From Paramoeba atlantica (Eukaryota; Protista; Discosea), in the NCBI GenBank assembly GCA_977017575.1, contig CDRNVI010000029.1, positions 962,983 through 1,026,982 on the forward strand: a stretch of DNA of 64,000 nt. Direction: 5' to 3'. Made by a program: the position numbers and the translations under genes. Position 1 is the stretch's first letter, and each line of letters opens with the position of its first letter. The notes beneath the pieces are model-generated. The model was not told where the DNA came from. It saw only the letters and a list, made by a program, of their open reading frames with translations, and made no database searches. Shown here one piece after another: positions 10,331-21,856 of the stretch.

Positions 10331-12508
10331 TCAGGCGTCAGTTTCTTGTGGGCTTATAGTAGCAATCAAAGTACCTTTACTTAAGACGCTGTTTAAAGAG
10401 CAATGATACTTTACTGCACCACTCATTGAGCATTTTGCGCAATGCTCCATTTTCATGGCTTCGATTAGGGCGACTGTACTTCCCGACGTCACATGGGCTC
10501 CTTCGGGGAAACAAAACGCGATAATTTTTCCTTGTATTGTGCTATAAACGCTAGACGACTGCTGAATCGCTTTCTTTTTTCCACTCACAAAACTATTCAC
10601 GGTACTGTACTGAAGCGTTTCGTGCCCCGGAAGAAGGAGTTCCACTATGGGCTTCCCAGCTCCATCATGTGAATTTACGGCTCGAAACCGAATGACTTCT
10701 TTATTGTTTAGTGTTGTGACGTAATGATGTGGAGAGGCACTATTCTCTGCACTATGGTTTCTTTCATATGAGATGCTCATATGCATTCTCTGAGTGGGAT
10801 CTTCATTAAGGATATTTTGAGTTACAGTATTACATGTAGTCGACTTGTGTGATGAAAATCCATTTTGCCCTTCAGAGACTTCGAAATCCAAAATCAGAGT
10901 AAAATTTTCCACTTTGGGTTGCACAGTGTATTGGATAGAAAACGTTTCCTTGGTACGAGACGTCAAAATGAGTCTGGAGGTGTAATTTTGGTTTAAACGA
11001 AAAAAAGCGAATGGTGATGGATTACAATCGTTTCCCAACCACGAATCGTAAACTAAAACTGCCGCAGCCAACAAAGGAGCCACTTTTGGTGGCATGTCCC
11101 TGAGCAGTGCTTCGAGGTTCGCTTCTAAAAACCGTGTAGTTATACTGTTTTTCTGAACCGCGTCATGACGTAGAAGATTACCCAGCAAGTTAATATTCGT
11201 TGGAAATCCAGTAACGTGAAATTGTCGCATTGCATTTTGAAGAGCGTTCAGGGCGGAGCTCCTCTCTTTCCCTGAAGCAATCACTTTGGCAATTAAAGAG
11301 TCAAAATGCATCGATATTGTATCACCGCTTCTAAATCCGCAATCGATACGAACGTTTGTCCCCGGTTCTTCGACAATTTCGCTTGCTGGTGTCAAATAAC
11401 TGATAACACCATTGGAAGGCGCAAACTCTTGATCCGGTGCCTCAGCACACAATCGCGCTTCGATGGCATGACCGACCACTTCAACGTCGTCCTGAGAAAA
11501 CGGCAAGGGTTTACCCGCGGCAATCTCCAGCTGCAGCTCCACGAGATCTACACTTTCTCCACACGCCCGGATGATGGCCTCCGTGACCGGATGCTCCACT
11601 TGCAGTCTTGTGTTTACCTCCAAAAAGAAATACTGCCGAATGTCGGGGTCATACATAAACTCCACCGTTCCCGCACCCTCATATTCCGCGAGATGCACAA
11701 TTTGAACCGCCGTGCTTGTCATCGCCTCCCTTATCTCCCTCGGCACGCCTGCTGGAGCTTCTTCCACAATTTTCTGATATCTTCTTTGCAAGCTACAATC
11801 TCGGGTTCCCAAATGCACCGCCTTACCCTTACCATCCCGTACCACCTGTACCTCCACATGCCGAGCGTTCGTAAAGAAACGTTCGAGCAAAACTTTGTCA
11901 TCTCCAAAGCTGCGCATGGCGTCTCGACGAGAGGCTTGTAATTTTTCAGAAAAACTCTCGGGATTGGGGACAACAACCATCCCCCTCCCCCCTCCGCCCG
12001 CTACGGCCTTAATCAACAAAGGATAGCCCAGTTTTTTAGCCTGGCTCTTCAGCGTGCTCTCGGTCTGATCCTCTCCACTGTAGCCCTGAATCACCGGAAT
12101 GTTATTTTTCAACATTAGTTTTTTACTTTCACTTTTATTTCCGAGGAGTCGAATGACCGCACCAGAGGGACCGACAAAGGTGAGCGCATGTTTTGACAAG
12201 AGATCCGCGAAATCCGCATTCTCACTTAGAAACCCGTAGCCCGGGTGAATCGTATCGGCCCCGGATTGTTGAGCCACACTTAATATTTTTTGTGCATTTA
12301 AGAAAGTGTTGGCAGCAGGGGGAGGACCAAGGGAGTAAGCTTCGTGGGCCATAGAAACGTGAAGTGCAGAGGCCTCGGTTTCGTCAAAAACAGCAACCGT
12401 TCGTAGCCCGATGCGACGGGCCGTGCGGAGGATACGACAGGCAATTTCGCCGCGGTTCGACACCAGGAGTTTGGAGAGGTGAAGACAGCCGGTGCAAGGG
12501 GAAAACAT
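10331..12508 (-). CDS. Biotin-dependent carboxylase alpha subunit (3-methylcrotonyl-CoA carboxylase-like)
   Basis: NRGEIACR, HPGYGFLSEN, GGGGRGM, RDCSLQRRYQK, EVNTRLQVEHPVTE and C-terminal biotinyl EAMKME. Confidence 0.93.
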   Translation of the reverse strand: MFSPCTGCLHLSKLLVSNRGEIACRILRTARRIGLRTVAVFDETEASALHVSMAHEAYSLGPPPAANTFLNAQKILSVAQQSGADTIHPGYGFLSENADFADLLSKHALTFVGPSGAVIRLLGNKSESKKLMLKNNIPVIQGYSGEDQTESTLKSQAKKLGYPLLIKAVAGGGGRGMVVVPNPESFSEKLQASRRDAMRSFGDDKVLLERFFTNARHVEVQVVRDGKGKAVHLGTRDCSLQRRYQKIVEEAPAGVPREIREAMTSTAVQIVHLAEYEGAGTVEFMYDPDIRQYFFLEVNTRLQVEHPVTEAIIRACGESVDLVELQLEIAAGKPLPFSQDDVEVVGHAIEARLCAEAPDQEFAPSNGVISYLTPASEIVEEPGTNVRIDCGFRSGDTISMHFDSLIAKVIASGKERSSALNALQNAMRQFHVTGFPTNINLLGNLLRHDAVQKNSITTRFLEANLEALLRDMPPKVAPLLAAAVLVYDSWLGNDCNPSPFAFFRLNQNYTSRLILTSRTKETFSIQYTVQPKVENFTLILDFEVSEGQNGFSSHKSTTCNTVTQNILNEDPTQRMHMSISYERNHSAENSASPHHYVTTLNNKEVIRFRAVNSHDGAGKPIVELLLPGHETLQYSTVNSFVSGKKKAIQQSSSVYSTIQGKIIAFCFPEGAHVTSGSTVALIEAMKMEHCAKCSMSGAVKYHCSLNSVLSKGTLIATISPQETDA

Positions 12509-12857
12509 GAGGGTGATTAGTGTGGCATTATGATATTTTTCTCCAATTTAACAAGCACTTCGAGAGTAAGACTAGAGATTAGGGGAATGGAGGGCGCACG
12601 ATATTCCAATTATAAAATGAGTATAGATTTTAAATATTGATATCCCAAATTTCATTCTTGCTTACCATGCATGCATTCATTTTAAATATTAGAACAATTT
12701 ATTTTTCGTCTATCTGTTTAATATTCTCCAAATGCACTCCGATTCTTGTGTCTATTTCTGCATGTAGGATCCATCTTGCTGAGGGGGGGTCAAGAATGAT
12801 CAACTGTTATCAAAGATTGCTAATCATCAGCAAGCAGGAATTTGTGTGAGTAGCACC

Positions 12858-14387
12858 TCATTTCTTAGACAAGTACCTGCTTTGTAAATGATCTTGAAAA
12901 TGTTTCGGGTTTAGATCTTCTCCCGTGGATTCCACTAGTATTTGTGAAACACTCTTCAAAGACGCCTTTTTCCACACGTTCTCATCTAAAAATTCGAAAA
13001 TAAAATCGAACTCGCCATTTCCCACAAGCCGATCAAACGCCTTATGTTTACGACGAAGGGCAACCGCAAACTGTGCAGCATACATGGCGCCCAAGCTGTA
13101 GGTGGGAAAATAACCAAAAGCCCCCGTGGACCAGTGAATATCTTGCATGCACCCATCCTTGTAATTTCCTGTGGTGTCGACGCCCAAGTACGACATCATC
13201 TTTTCCTGCCAAAGGTCTGGGATGGCTTCGGGCTCAATTTCTCGGTTAATCAAAGCTCTCTCAATTTCGTAGCGCAGAATAATATGCATCGGGTATGTTA
13301 GCTCATCGGCATCCACGCGAATGAACCCAGGACGTACCTCTGTCGACAAACGTTGTAGGTTTTCGGGGGTAAAAACAAGATCATTCTTTTCCTTCAATGG
13401 ATTCACACCGAAGTATTTCGCGATCATGGGTTGTATGGCACGTAGGAAGGCCAGGGATCGGCCTAGCTGCATCTCCATAAAAAGCGACTGACTCTCGTGC
13501 ATCCCCATTGAACGTGCGCGTCCTGCAGGTTGAGTGCTCCACTCGTGAGGCAAATGCTGTTCGTACTTTGCGTGCCCGGTTTCGTGAATCACTCCCATAA
13601 GACTTTGAAATGCGAGCTCAGGATCCTCTCCGTATCGCGTGGTGATGCGCACATCGTCCGTGACACCGCCGCAAAAGGGGTGAGTGCTGACATCCAGTCG
13701 TCCAGCATCGCAATCAAATTTTAACACCTCCATTGCTTCTTTTCCCAACGCTTTCTGATTCTCGATCGGAATACGTCCCGCTACTCTGTGAATCGTAGCC
13801 TCCTTTTGCTGCGCCACAACTGTGCGAATGAGCTCTGGAAGCTATGACTTTAGGGAACCAAACGCTTCAGAAATTTTCTCCGAAGTCATCTCGGGCTCGT
13901 ACTTATCCAACAGCGCATCATAGGGTGTGGAAAACCCATACGAACGCTGCAGCAACTCTGCCTCCTGCCGTGCCAGAGAGACGACCTCAGAAAAATTTTC
14001 TAAAAAACCCTTCCAGTTATTTGCCCCCCGTTGGGTTCGCCATCCATGTTCACACTTATCATTGGCCATGGAGATACGCCGGACTAAATCCGCCGGGAGG
14101 GCATTGGCCGCACGCCACTGTCGTCTCATTTCACAGAGATTGGCTTTTTCGTTGGGCTCTAACGCACTCCCCGATGCTGCTGCGGTTTCTATCCACCCTT
14201 CAAGCTTTGTATCGGTGATAAGATCATGCGAATGGGATCGCAGCTCGGCAAGACACGCGGCTCGGCTCTCGACCCCTTTGTTGGAGACATTGACGCTAAA
14301 GTCCCAAGAGAGGATGGCGTCGGCATGGGCGTAGCGATGGAGTCGAGTGAAGACAGAGACGAGCTCCTTGTAGGCGGCGCGGGACAT
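12858..14387 (-). pseudogene. M32 (Taq-like) metallocarboxypeptidase interrupted by one in-frame TAG at 13842-13844
   Basis: The two ORFs are in the same frame (LKS*LPELI); HPFCGG, HETGH, HESQSL, RVDADE and GYFPTYSLG motifs are intact. Confidence 0.85.
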
Positions 14388-14731
14388 GGGGGAAAAGGAG
14401 GAGGTGCGAGGGGGGGAGGGGAAACAGTTTCTAAGGACAAGAAAGAAATAAAGGGTCGGGTGTAGCTAAAATAGGTAGGATAAAGGTAACCGCCATGACG
14501 TGTTCCACGTGCTTTTCTCCTTTTTTCTTCGCCTCTATCTACCGTAAAGGAGAATATAAAACATTTATAAACAGTGGACATTAGAATAAGGCTACATATT
14601 GTTAAAGAACTCAAGTATCAGATGATGTAATCCTGTTCGCATTGCAAAATACAATATGTAAGATTGTAAAAGGACTGTAGGCGCTGCAGGGACGTCTCAT
14701 GTGTACAAGGGTTATGTAAGAGCGATTCGAT

Positions 14732-15052
14732 TCACTCACCTTGCACAAGCTCCACGAGCTTACCGTTCTGTTTTAACTGCAGTAAAGCGTCGTATCCTCC
14801 AACATATTTCTGGTTAATGAAGATTTGAGGAACCGTGTTCGATCCCGTTCGACTATACGCGGATCGGAAGACTTCTCGCCCATTGGGAATAATATCGATT
14901 TCTAGTGAGACAAAGCGCTGGCCAACTTCAACAAGGACGGACTTGGCTTGAACACAGTAACTGCAATAAGTAGCGCTGATTACCACTACCTTGTTCTGTC
15001 GGAGCATTGTATTTAAAAATTCCGAGGCTTTGTCCGGATTAAGTTCGCTCAT
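14732..15052 (-). CDS. Dithiol glutaredoxin
   Basis: CSYC active site, TVPQIFI, GGYD. Confidence 0.92.
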   Translation of the reverse strand: MSELNPDKASEFLNTMLRQNKVVVISATYCSYCVQAKSVLVEVGQRFVSLEIDIIPNGREVFRSAYSRTGSNTVPQIFINQKYVGGYDALLQLKQNGKLVELVQGE

Positions 15053-15206
15053 GGGCTGACTCTGTGTTTCAGTGTGATGTTATTTGAATAGACGTAAAAA
15101 CAGAAGAAAATGTAACAGTACTTTAGTACCATAATAAAGGGTTATCATGCTTTGCCAAAACATTAATCTGAAAATCTATACTTCTGGAGACTTTACAAAG
15201 ATTGGT

Positions 15207-15818
15207 TTACTTCGAGTCTTCTTCTTTAGCTTTGGGGAGATACGCCATAAGATAAGGATAACGTTTAGAAAACTCATCAACCCCTCCTCGGTAGTGCCTA
15301 ACATTGTAATATCCAAGAAAACGGAGAATAGAGAACGCTGTGGTGGAACGCGCACCGAACTGACAGTAGCACACAATCTCCGTGTGCTTTTGAGGCCTCG
15401 TAAAGCCATACCTCTTCATAAAAGGAATTTCCAAAGTTTGTATTCCGTAATAAAGTTCATCAATCGGTAATAAATTGGATCCTACTATCAAGCCCGTCCG
15501 TTCGGCTTCAAAAATCGAGCGAACATCAAGCAGGAGAGGTGGATCTTTTTCTATTACCTCGGTATCGGTTAACGAAAATTGTTTCTTTTTTTCTGGGACC
15601 AATACGTCGGACATAATCCTGGTCGATCCGGACTCCTCACTTCTGACTGTATCACCGGAAGTTTCTTTGTACATGCTCAATATCTTGTCTCGAAGCTCGG
15701 ATGCACTTATTTCACTTCTTTGGTTTGTAGAACTGGACGTAAATGCTCTACGTGACGCACATTGAAAATATCTAGACTTTCTCTGAATATGGAGAACACT
15801 CCTAACTTGTAAAAGCAT
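15207..15818 (-). CDS. Single-domain rhodanese/sulfurtransferase with N-terminal mitochondrial-type presequence
   Basis: LLDVRS, YCQFGARS, GYYNVRHYRGG. Confidence 0.85.
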   Translation of the reverse strand: MLLQVRSVLHIQRKSRYFQCASRRAFTSSSTNQRSEISASELRDKILSMYKETSGDTVRSEESGSTRIMSDVLVPEKKKQFSLTDTEVIEKDPPLLLDVRSIFEAERTGLIVGSNLLPIDELYYGIQTLEIPFMKRYGFTRPQKHTEIVCYCQFGARSTTAFSILRFLGYYNVRHYRGGVDEFSKRYPYLMAYLPKAKEEDSK

Positions 15819-16098
15819 TCTGTAGAAACGGAATGATGGTCAATGCGAACTTCCACGTTGAAGAAATCTAATAAACCGCATTTCCGGAGGCTTCCTTCAT
15901 GAAAAGTGTTTGAACGAAAACGTTAAATGAAACTTAATAAAAACTCTGGTGAGTCACAGAAGTCGAACAAAGCTGAAATGAAACAATCGAGAAACGAACC
16001 GAAGTAAAATAATAAAAGATTCATGAATCCGACACATCAAAGTAATCAATAGTCTCGTTCGCTCAAGCGTTACAGTACGTGCTTCGTAAGAAAGTAGC

Positions 16099-16386
16099 TT
16101 ATTTGTTCGACAATGCACCCGGAGGTAATCCCATATGGGCCTCTTGCTCCCGTCGCTCCCTGGATTCTCCAAGGAAGGTATACACTTCAAAGAAACGATC
16201 AACACATCGCTTCTGGCATTGAAGCTGAGATGGTGTGGGCTCCTGAAACTCACCCTGGGAGAGTATATTGCCATCCATCGAACTGTCGTAGCAAGTTCTC
16301 CAACACAGGCCAATGGAGTGTGATGCTAAGTCGACCATTACACCTTGGTCCATTCCCTGGTGAAGCGCGAATTGCTGAGCATTCAT
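16099..16386 (-). CDS. Small Tim (twin CX3C) mitochondrial intermembrane-space chaperone
   Basis: CWRTC...CQKRC motifs in a 95-aa protein. Confidence 0.8.
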   Translation of the reverse strand: MNAQQFALHQGMDQGVMVDLASHSIGLCWRTCYDSSMDGNILSQGEFQEPTPSQLQCQKRCVDRFFEVYTFLGESRERREQEAHMGLPPGALSNK

Positions 16387-16602
16387 GTTCGTGGAAAAAA
16401 TGATAAATAAAGTTGGCGATGCATATTGTTTTGTACGATATTTCTCATATTGAATGCCTTAAAGGTTGTAAAAAATGTTGTTAAAAATGTATAGGATTGC
16501 GTTAGCATTGTGCACTGCAGTGCATAAAACAAATCATTTGGCTCTTAGCCGTGTCATTAGCTTATAAACTTTAAGTAACAATCGAAATCGCATGAATGGC
16601 TC

Positions 16603-19242
16603 TTATGTTCCCCACCGCTTGGCGTTAAATACAGTAACACCCGTAAACTCTTCTTCCGGCGTCGAACATAAAATGGCCACACCTCGTACATTTCGTTTCT
16701 CATGTGACCCGTTCATTATTCTATTGCTGACTCTCGTGAAAGGAAAAGCTAGTCGAGCTTTTTGAATAGTATATATTTTTAATTCTGCTTCTTCAAAGTG
16801 AGTTTCTGCTGCAGCATCGCCACTGTCTTCTGTGGCAGAAGGGCATTCGTCCGTCTTAGTTTGAAACCCGTGCCAGTGCGCATCGACACATGCTGTGTAT
16901 TTCTGTCCAAGCGCAATTTTCGCAAAACCGTCCGGCCCGTATGCAAAAATGTTCGGCAATGAGCGGGAAAAAACCTCCGCAAAGAGTTCACCTTTTCCCG
17001 GCTTAAGAATACTAACTTCGGGAGAAAGTATTACGGCTCGTATTCCCGAACAAGCACTCCTCTTTCCATTTTCTTGACGCAAACGGGTAGAATACACCAA
17101 TTGACCCATCGACGGGGAGCACAGTGAAATAAAGTTTAATTGTTGGTCACGCGAAAGGGTAACAATACCGGCAAGTTTTGAAGCGCATGCTTCTTGATCT
17201 TTTAACGAATTCGAATCAGGGTCAGCAGGTTCAGAAAACGGAACTAAAACAACATCTACGATCGCACTACTCTCAAAACAATCCACGGAATCCCTATCCC
17301 CCATCCGAATCCTTCCCGGAATTGCGGAGTACACCACCGTCCTCGTCCCCGCATCCCACACAAAAACACAACTATTCCTATCTGTGATCGCGACCATGTT
17401 TTCAAAACAAACCACGCGCGACACACACTGGCTGCAGGTGAGAACGGCGAATACCTCCCCGTTGGACGGCTCCACTCCCCACACCTTACCATCCGCACAC
17501 CCGACGATCAGCACCCACTCTTGTGAGCCCACTGAGGCAAACCCCATTGTCGTGATCCCGCACACATTTCGGGAAATTCCTCTACTGGTGCCAAACCCCT
17601 CCGGAGCCGTAATCGATACGTTTGAGGCCGAGGCCTCATACACACGTATCACCCCCAGGGAGATATCCGTAGCATACGACCCCCAGGTTGCGTCACCCGA
17701 CAACGCTACACATCGCACATTTCCAGGAAGCGCTTTTGTCGAAAACTGGGCTAACGTACGCACTCGTGTCGAAGACGTAAGCTGCCACAGAAACAGTCCC
17801 GCTTTTCCAATCCCCAACACCAAAGGACGACAACCCTCAGAAGAACCATACCCAACCGCATACCCTTGACCGGGGTGAACCGCAATCTCATGTTTCACCA
17901 CATTCCCCCTCATCTCCAGCCAGCTACGCCCAAACATCTCACGAAACCCCTCCTCACGGTTCGTCACAAAAAGCTCTCCATCTAAACCGGCAGAAATCAC
18001 ACAAAAAGAACCAGAAGCGGAACCAGCAGAACCACCAGAACCCGCCCTACTCGTCACACAGGTCACATCATTCCAATGGACCCTTCGGGTGCGTCGTCCC
18101 ACCCGCCACCCCTTCCCCCCCTCCCCCTCAGCCTCCAGCGTCACCACATCCCGTGCCACCCCGACCCCCACCACGGTCGTGTCCCCCACGAAGGCGACAC
18201 TCAGCATTGCAGCCCTCGAGAGGTGAAAGCTGTGGGAGACGAACCCCCCGGCGGTGTCACACACAAAGAGGTCCCCGGTGTGGGTGCCGGCCACCGCGAC
18301 GGAGGGGTGGGAGGGGTGGGAGGCCAGGCAGAGGACAGAGGGGACCGTAGGGGGCGTAGTGTGGCCGGCTGCTGCTTTTTGTCCTGCCACACGGAGCAGG
18401 ATGCTTTTTGAGGGACGGATGACAAGGGAGGAAGCACGGCCGATTCGTGTGGTGTTGGTTGTTGTTGCTGTGTTGGTTGTTGTTGCTGTGTTGGTTAACG
18501 ACAACGATGCATCTTTTTTTGTGGTCTCGATAAACCGCAGGGTATCAAACACTTGTACACAGCCGTAGTTGTCCCCGAGGAGGAAGGTGGCCCCGTGGGG
18601 GGAGGGGGCGACACAGAGTGCGGCGGTGGCGCTGGGGTGCTTGGTGCCGACCCCGCGGAGGGTGAAGTGTTGGGAGGGGTCGAATACCCGAGTGGTGCCG
18701 TCCTCACAGGCGGTGAGGAGGTAATGGGGGAGGGAGGGGGGAGGGGAGGTTGTGGGGTTGTGGGGAGAAGCATGATTTTGTTGTGGGGGTTGAAAGGTAA
18801 GGGTTGTGGCATGAAAGAAGCCGCCTCCAGAAGGGGGGGTGAGGACTTCTTTTAAAACTAGAGAGCGTGCATCGTAGATGAGGAACTGGCCGGAGAGAGT
18901 GGCAGCGACCAGAGATTCCATTAGCATTGATGCAGAGGCGGTCTCATCTTCCACCATCTCCTGTACACTTTGCGTCGTGGGAGAGGAGACGCACCAGAGA
19001 AGGGACCGGATGGTAACGGATTTCAGACCGCTGGCTTGGACGGCAGGGCGGAAAGGGGTGTAGTTTTTGGCGGTTTTGTCGGATTCGTACTCGACAAGCC
19101 TAGATGTGTCCGCCGTTCGTGTCCATATTTCAATACCCCCGTCATCTCGAACCAGTGCAAGTCGTAGACCGGAGTGGTCGAGGGAAAGAGTGGTTATCCC
19201 AACGGGTGGACGGTGTACCGGTAACTGGCGAATAGATATCAT
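16603..19242 (-). CDS. WD40-repeat protein, possibly UTP4/cirhin-like
   Basis: Repeated WD-like blades (LALVRDDGGIEIW, LLTACEDGTTRVFD, LLGDNYGCVQVFD, HWNDVTCV, ISAGLDGEL). Confidence 0.65.
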   Translation of the reverse strand: MISIRQLPVHRPPVGITTLSLDHSGLRLALVRDDGGIEIWTRTADTSRLVEYESDKTAKNYTPFRPAVQASGLKSVTIRSLLWCVSSPTTQSVQEMVEDETASASMLMESLVAATLSGQFLIYDARSLVLKEVLTPPSGGGFFHATTLTFQPPQQNHASPHNPTTSPPPSLPHYLLTACEDGTTRVFDPSQHFTLRGVGTKHPSATAALCVAPSPHGATFLLGDNYGCVQVFDTLRFIETTKKDASLSLTNTATTTNTATTTNTTRIGRASSLVIRPSKSILLRVAGQKAAAGHTTPPTVPSVLCLASHPSHPSVAVAGTHTGDLFVCDTAGGFVSHSFHLSRAAMLSVAFVGDTTVVGVGVARDVVTLEAEGEGGKGWRVGRRTRRVHWNDVTCVTSRAGSGGSAGSASGSFCVISAGLDGELFVTNREEGFREMFGRSWLEMRGNVVKHEIAVHPGQGYAVGYGSSEGCRPLVLGIGKAGLFLWQLTSSTRVRTLAQFSTKALPGNVRCVALSGDATWGSYATDISLGVIRVYEASASNVSITAPEGFGTSRGISRNVCGITTMGFASVGSQEWVLIVGCADGKVWGVEPSNGEVFAVLTCSQCVSRVVCFENMVAITDRNSCVFVWDAGTRTVVYSAIPGRIRMGDRDSVDCFESSAIVDVVLVPFSEPADPDSNSLKDQEACASKLAGIVTLSRDQQLNFISLCSPSMGQLVYSTRLRQENGKRSACSGIRAVILSPEVSILKPGKGELFAEVFSRSLPNIFAYGPDGFAKIALGQKYTACVDAHWHGFQTKTDECPSATEDSGDAAAETHFEEAELKIYTIQKARLAFPFTRVSNRIMNGSHEKRNVRGVAILCSTPEEEFTGVTVFNAKRWGT

Positions 19243-19724
19243 GAAGTCGAAAATTATTCAAAGAATTCTTTTGTCATTTCCTTTTAAAAAAGCATTACAT
19301 AAAAACATTTATGGTCCCTGAGAAATATTGTTCAAATTACATCGTACTATACAACACCAATAATTTGTAGTATAGTATATTATTCGAATCAACAAACTCA
19401 AGTTTGATGGCAAGTATGAAATAATAGCTCTGCTGACTCTGCTAATTCGGCATATTCCACAGCTGCGGATTTTTTCAACACCACTTATGACGTGCTGTGA
19501 CGAATTCGCAAGCAAAAAACGAAAGTGACAATTATCATGCAGTGTGTTTCTGAACACAAAAGCAGAGCTTTAGAGCAAAATACCAAGTCGCGCATTGCTC
19601 TAAATTGGAAGAAACTAAATAATAGAAACCAAACTCATAGGGAAAACCTTGGCTTTACAAATAGGTTCAAATAGGTGTTCTCTACTGCTCCACGTACATA
19701 CCAGAACCTACTTTGAGCGGGCTG

Positions 19725-20030
19725 TCAATGTAAAAAAGAAAACAACTCTTGCAAGTAGTAAATCATCTCAATTCGTTGTCTTTGATAATGTTCCTTAAGA
19801 TCAGCAACAACCTTAGCTCTCGCGTGCTGCACAGAAATTTCATTTTTCCGTAAGCTTTCTAGTAATTCCCTTTGCTGCAGAAGTGTAATAAAAGATGCTG
19901 GTTGCATCAGTTCCTCGGAAAATGATTGATATAATTGTTTCAAAGTGTTGAATTCATCCCATTCATTTGTGTGGACGAAATCACTAAATAACAAATCGGG
20001 TGTCTCAGTCTTAATCCTGCGACCGGTCAT
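19725..20030 (-). CDS. Hypothetical protein (101 aa, helical)
   Basis: ATG-started ORF on the cluster strand; no motif. Confidence 0.4.
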   Translation of the reverse strand: MTGRRIKTETPDLLFSDFVHTNEWDEFNTLKQLYQSFSEELMQPASFITLLQQRELLESLRKNEISVQHARAKVVADLKEHYQRQRIEMIYYLQELFSFLH

Positions 20031-20130
20031 ATCGTATACTTCTGTATATTTAATACTCGTATATGAATGTAGTGTTAAATGTTATTCTACGTTCATTAAA
20101 TGTATCAGCATTCTGTAAATATATTTTTTT

Positions 20131-21655
20131 GCCGCTTCGTTAAACACTGGGTATTTTCAATTTAGAAGTCACTCATGTTGCTAGCTTCGCGTTCGGGCGG
20201 GCAAATGATTTCCTTTTCTAAAAAATTCGAACTAAAAATTCGAATTATCGAAATCTTTCCGGATTGCTCCGGACGGTCGCTGGTAAACCAGACCCTTCAC
20301 AGACAGATTTCGAAGTTCCGAGGCCTCCTTTACTAGTTTCTGTTTCTCCAAGGCGGCACCAATGTGCTGTTACCAGCACGCTGCGTCGACGAATTGTAAG
20401 TCAACACGGCTTACCCAAGAAGTTTAAAACAAATGTGGTTTCTCGTAGTGTCTCAAATCATCAAAAATACCAGGGGTCTCAAAATATATATTATAAACCC
20501 CCGTTCATATAAACCGTTCATATATAAACCCCCGCTATATAATTTATAAACCCCCGCTCACGAATAAGTCACCCCCCTCTTTTTTTTGAACAACGAGGCT
20601 TAGGGGGGTTGCGGCACCACTTTTTCGTTCAAAATTTTGAGATCTGCACGTTCCCGCTGTTTTTAGACCTCTTCACAGATAACAAATTAAAACTCATTTT
20701 TTAATGACGTTTTTACATAGTCATGCCAATATTACCCGAAAAATCTCATGTTCTTCGACCAGGGGGGGAGAAGGGGGTCAACATGAAAATGGTGTCACAG
20801 ATCTTCGCTAGGGGAACGAGATCTCTCGATTGCAACAAAAATGATGAAAAACAGATAACAAACATTCAATTTTTCACGTGGTGGAATATTTGTCTTCGAT
20901 TGGTTCTTTCTTGAAACGGTGATAAATCAACTTTTTTAAGCTGTCCCCTTTACTTTTTGCTTGAAGGGGCCTAAGGGGGTTAAGATATCATTTTCTCGTT
21001 CAAAATTCTGAGATCTATACGTTCCCACCACTTTTAGATCATTTTAGAAACTGAAAAAAAAAATATTTTTAGGTTCTATTTTTTTGTATTGTCATAACAC
21101 ACTAATTTAACAAAACAAACACTCCGCGGCCAGGGGGCACAATTGGGTCAATATTAAAAAATAGCGGCAAAGATCTTTGCTAGGAGAACGAGGTCTCTCG
21201 TTTGCAACAAAAATCAGCAAAAACGGACAAAAATAATTGAATTTCTCATGGGAGGAGAAGATTTATTTTGTTAAAGTGTGAGAAATTGGTCTCTTGAAAA
21301 ATGTGAAGAAAGTGATAATACATCTATCGGATGCACGCATTTGAGAGTCTTGGTTCCATGCTATGGCGCGCAAAGTCTTTGTGTTGGGAACAGTAAAATG
21401 CAACAAAAATGAGCTCAAACGGACGCTTGGCTGAAAAGTTAGAGGGGGGTGACTTTTCGCTGTGGGGGGATTATATATATATTTGTAGTATTTGAAAAAA
21501 AAAATAGTACTATATAGTACTATACTCCTCTTCTCATTAATTTCTATAAATGCCATTCCTAATTTTTCAGGTTGCGCGGTGGTAGTTTTCAACGGGAAGC
21601 GCGCAGCCTGAGTGACTTCTAAGTTGAAAACAACCACCGCGTTTAACGAAGAGCC
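20131..21655. repeat. Non-coding element with nested inverted repeats enclosing two ~371-bp diverged direct repeats; candidate non-autonomous mobile element or cis-acting chromosomal element
   Basis: Outer imperfect IR 20131-20193 / ~21590-21655; exact 15-bp inner IR 20566-20580 / 21441-21455; direct repeats offset by 371-372 bp. Confidence 0.7.
21575..21641. repeat. 19-bp-arm hairpin, a member of a dispersed ~65-bp repeat family (other copies at 20131-20193 and 27937-28002)
   Basis: CGCGGTGGT-A-GTTTTCAAC ... GTTGAAAAC-A-ACCACCGCG. Confidence 0.8.
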
Positions 21656-21856
21656 TAATTTTTATAGCCCGAAAAGCATTTTTGTCGCAGAGATAGAGAA
21701 ATTGTGCTCCTCTAGTTTGTAGAATACAGATCTCCGGGAGGTCACCTCTCTAACAGCGTTTTCTTCCTTCTCTTCGCCGAAATTGAAAACAACGTACCAA
21801 ATTCGAGGTAGCATCTTGAATAATACAATTTTTATTTATTAGCATAAAGGATTTTT

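Noticed and set aside
543-14387. Alternative genetic code (stop-to-sense reassignment as in Blastocrithidia), suggested by in-frame TGA/TAG in the retroelement and M32
   Set aside because: The retroelement also has frameshifts, so it is simply decayed. TAA, TAG and TGA all end intact genes here, and long ORFs (up to 2125 aa) contain no internal stops.
20580-21310. CRISPR array reading of the repeated motifs
   Set aside because: Repeats are long, diverged and alternate in orientation; no constant repeat-spacer period and no cas genes.
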